This document shows positions 17,301 to 20,000 of a DNA stretch of 20,000 nucleotides, piece by piece. Source of the DNA: a bacterium. GTDB lineage: Bacteria > UBP15 > UBA6099 > JAJRTR01. The stretch is taken from contig JAJRTR010000204.1 in NCBI GenBank assembly GCA_024278215.1, positions 52,644 to 72,643 of the forward strand, in the 5' to 3' direction. A model generated the notes under the pieces. It made no database searches, was not told the origin of the DNA, and saw only the letters and a program-made list of their open reading frames with translations. Within the stretch, counting starts at the first letter, position 1, and each line of letters begins with the position of its first letter. The translations under genes were made by a program, and so were the position numbers.

Positions 17301-18581
17301 TCAGTATCGGTCCACAATTTGCGAAGACGGGAAATAATATTGAATGATTTCAGTATATGATTTGCCGAGCTTCGCCATCTCGCGGGCACCGTACTGGCAG
17401 AATCCGATGCCGTGTCCGAAACCCCTGCCTTTAAAAATTATGTAGTCGTCTTCACGGATAATATCATAAGAATTGCTGAGGATCAGGTTCCATCCGAAAC
17501 TTCTGGAGACAGCGCGGCGGAATTTATCGCCCTGTATCGTATAAACTTTTCCTTTGTCCTCGACTGTAACTTCCTGGGTGTAATCGCCCAACTCCGATCT
17601 GGATGATACGTATATCCGCGCATCGCGAGAAAGGGTGACGCCAAGTTTCCAGCCTGCGGCATTTATCACATTGCGTCTTTTTATCTTTCGTATCCAGGGG
17701 AAATATTTTGTGCCGCTTTTGTGAAAAGGGTCGCGCACCTGGACAAGGTTGTGATCCACAGAACCACCCCAGATTATGTCCGGTGTAGCTGTGTATCCGG
17801 AACATGCCGCCGTGTAATATGTTACCACCGGTTTGCCGTTGCGGTATATCACTTTGCCTTTAGTTTCTCTGATAAGCGACTTGATTTTCGCGGTTTGCGC
17901 GCGGCCTGTTTCTTCCCATACGGAATGGCCTCTGAAAAGCTGGCAATGGGTCGTGTCGCAAAAATCGAAGTCTTCCTTCCTGTGCCGCGCCCCGTGCGCT
18001 GTAATGTATGATCGTGAAACAATTGCCTGTGCCTTGATCACTTCCTTTTCTTTAAAACCCTTTATCTCCGATGCTACAACCATTGCGATGTAGTCTTCGA
18101 GATTTTTTGTAATCACAGGAAGTATCGTGCCGTTCTTCCTGAACTTTATCTCGAGCGAGCCGTAGTATTTCCTTATAACTTTTCCCGGTATTGTTATCTC
18201 GAAATCGAAGGGTGCGTTTGTGATCGAAGAAGGCGCGAAACGAAGATTGTGCACCTGTGACTTCGAGAAAATGTCGTTTCCGCTGTCACGCCCCAGAACA
18301 CGCAGGTAGCCTGCGCTGTCGGCCGCGACCTCGATGGTTCCGTCAGGGCCGACCGGCGAATCTCTCAGCGGTTCTCCGTTGATTACTGGTATTACAGGCT
18401 TCCCGTAGCGCTTGAATGTTATGATTATGTGCTGCGGTTTGTAGAGAGTAAGCACGCCGATGCGGACACGGCTTCCTATTTTTTCGGCGCGTGCTGTTTT
18501 AGTGAATAAGGCGGACGTGAGGAATGAAAAAAACATTATTGAAATGACAAACAGCAAATATAAGGTGTGGGGCGGCGACAC
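17301..18581 (-). CDS. SpoIID/LytB domain peptidoglycan lytic transglycosylase-like protein
   Basis: LEDYIAMVVASE, KAQAIVSRSY, CDTTHCQ, GRGFGHGIGFCQYGA and IIQYYFP. Hydrophobic signal ending in ARA. Start uncertain (GTG 18581 or ATG 18536 rather than 18743). Confidence 0.85.
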   Translation of the reverse strand: MSPPHTLYLLFVISIMFFSFLTSALFTKTARAEKIGSRVRIGVLTLYKPQHIIITFKRYGKPVIPVINGEPLRDSPVGPDGTIEVAADSAGYLRVLGRDSGNDIFSKSQVHNLRFAPSSITNAPFDFEITIPGKVIRKYYGSLEIKFRKNGTILPVITKNLEDYIAMVVASEIKGFKEKEVIKAQAIVSRSYITAHGARHRKEDFDFCDTTHCQLFRGHSVWEETGRAQTAKIKSLIRETKGKVIYRNGKPVVTYYTAACSGYTATPDIIWGGSVDHNLVQVRDPFHKSGTKYFPWIRKIKRRNVINAAGWKLGVTLSRDARIYVSSRSELGDYTQEVTVEDKGKVYTIQGDKFRRAVSRSFGWNLILSNSYDIIREDDYIIFKGRGFGHGIGFCQYGAREMAKLGKSYTEIIQYYFPSSQIVDRY

Positions 18582-18764
18582 GGGAACGCCCTGTGAACAG
18601 TTGCATTTATTGTTGTCTGAGTATGACAATGCCACACCTGCCGCTGCCTCGCGTTTTGTTGTAGATAGTGTTAACGGCGCGGGGTGAAATGTCAACGTGA
18701 CGGGCTTTGCCGGGGGATGGGCGGCATAAAAACAGCATGTCATGGTTTTTCCATGCTCCCGCGG

Positions 18765-19745
18765 TCATTCGCCATCCCGGTCGCCTGTCGTTCGTTTCGG
18801 ATGACTGCTGAAGAAGTCCCACATAATATCTGTTGCGGATATGCCTTCAAAGGGTTTGTCCTCGACAAAGAAAACTCTCTTCCCGCCCGGCCACGAGTGG
18901 GTTCCTCCCGCAATCGTATACAACACGACATCCGTGCCGGTTTCGGGGCAGGCATAGGAATCGACTCTTATGTCGCCGTCGGTCCGCGTGTGAGGCGTGT
19001 CTTCGCATTTGTTGTTATGTTTCCAGAGAGCAACAGCATATTCGACGGATTTCTTTTTGAGTTTCACCAGGGCGCGAGGGCCGACGCCGCCGTTGTACGG
19101 TACATTCAGATCGTTTGTTCCGTGAAACATTATCACATTTATCGGGTCTTCCGGTTCGCAGTGAGGAGTTGTGACACAGCCCGCGACAGGCGCGATAGCG
19201 GCGAGCCGGCGCGATAGTCGGCAGCCGAGATGGTGGGCGAGCATCCCTCCGTTCGAGAAGCCCGCCGCGTATATCCTCGCCTGATCGATACTGTACTTTG
19301 CCGACACATCGTCGATGACTGCTTCGACAAAACCGACATCGTCGATATTATTGTCCATCGAATATTTGCAACATCTGTCGGCGTTCCACGTGAGCATCGC
19401 GTTATTCATGTAGCCGGAACCGTTGGGATATACAACGATGAAGCCTTCCGCGTCCGCTTTATTATTGAATCCAGTGTTCAGCAAAGCGTGTCGCGCGTTG
19501 CCGCCGCCGCCGTGCAGCACTATCACGAGCGGGATGTGCTCCTTATGCCCAGTCCCCGGCGGCACGTGAATAAGGTAACTGCGCGCTCTGCCGTCGTGTG
19601 TAAGTTCTCGCGAGAAGGTGTTTTCAGAGTCCGGCCTGTCGCCGGCGCGAGCGCGGGGCGGACATGCGGCTGAACATAACAACAAGGCAAATATCAGACA
19701 AACAATGTGTCTGATAATACAACTACGTCCATTAATATATTCCAT
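18765..19745 (-). CDS. Secreted alpha/beta hydrolase, LpqC / PHB-depolymerase-like esterase
   Basis: VLHGGGG, VVYPNG, DDVGFV, nucleophile motif GFSNGG, HGTND and HSWPG. N-terminal signal peptide. ATG 19745 preferred. Confidence 0.85.
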   Translation of the reverse strand: MEYINGRSCIIRHIVCLIFALLLCSAACPPRARAGDRPDSENTFSRELTHDGRARSYLIHVPPGTGHKEHIPLVIVLHGGGGNARHALLNTGFNNKADAEGFIVVYPNGSGYMNNAMLTWNADRCCKYSMDNNIDDVGFVEAVIDDVSAKYSIDQARIYAAGFSNGGMLAHHLGCRLSRRLAAIAPVAGCVTTPHCEPEDPINVIMFHGTNDLNVPYNGGVGPRALVKLKKKSVEYAVALWKHNNKCEDTPHTRTDGDIRVDSYACPETGTDVVLYTIAGGTHSWPGGKRVFFVEDKPFEGISATDIMWDFFSSHPKRTTGDRDGE

Positions 19746-19828
19746 GTCAGGAATTGTAGCAGATTTTGAAATGCCGGTGTGAAAAACGTAAAAATAAGAC
19801 CGTGATTTTCGAAATAGTATTCTGACAG

Positions 19829-20000
19829 GAGCCAGTTGCAAAATTATGTTCGAAGCGAGGTCGAGCGTATTCGGTCGGAAGCAAGGCGGAGGTGCAAAAT
19901 CCCCGCAGGCGTACTTGTAGAGTACGTCGAGGATGATTTTGTGCCGACAACGCAGCTGTTAACAATTGCAGCCGACCGTAGCCGAATCAGAATTTTGCAA
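19829..20000. mobile_element. Palindromic MITE-like element, copy 2 (right end cut by the window edge)
   Basis: Aligns to 535-705 in the same orientation with about 17 substitutions and 1 indel by manual count (~90%). Left TIR GAGCCAGTTGCAAAATT. Confidence 0.85.

Noticed and set aside
18582-18743. N-terminal 54 codons of the SpoIID ORF
   Set aside because: The sequence does not look protein-like and contains a hairpin (18706-18731) and a minus-strand TTGACA (18690-18695), so it is more likely intergenic. The matching -10 box is weak, so no promoter was called.
19746-19965. N-terminal extension of the esterase ORF to 19841 and the 72-aa ORF 19747-19965
   Set aside because: Both start inside the MITE copy; the signal peptide fits a start at 19745.
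1-20000. CRISPR array, tRNA/rRNA genes, transposase or integrase, genome-wide TAG reassignment
   Set aside because: No regularly spaced repeats, RNA gene signatures or recombinase motifs were seen, and TAG ends several genes at their expected C-termini.

Overview
Bacterial window, probably from a diderm organism, dominated by a methylmalonyl-CoA (Wood-Werkman-type) gene cluster. A minus-strand run encodes a small carboxylase epsilon-like protein, a biotin carboxyl carrier, sucC/sucD, sdhCDAB, methylmalonyl-CoA epimerase, a 987-aa protein, birA and bioY. The 987-aa protein fuses a pyruvate/oxaloacetate carboxyltransferase (transcarboxylase 5S-like) to an acyl-CoA carboxyltransferase (12S/PccB-like). 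The large subunit of a split methylmalonyl-CoA mutase is transcribed divergently, and a stand-alone B12-binding subunit lies about 14.4 kb away next to pheA. Other genes are a GT-C glycosyltransferase, a SpoIID/LytB protein, an LpqC-like esterase and a partial outer-membrane protein. Three things stand out: (1) the 5S-12S fusion, with no biotin carboxylase or Na+-pump subunit in the window, suggests a compact transcarboxylase; (2) the biotin carrier gene has an in-frame TAG at codon 33, so the ORF track misses its 5' part; (3) two roughly 90% identical copies of a 178-bp palindromic MITE-like element with 17-bp terminal inverted repeats sit at the two ends of the window. All calls come from motif recognition by eye; no searches were run.
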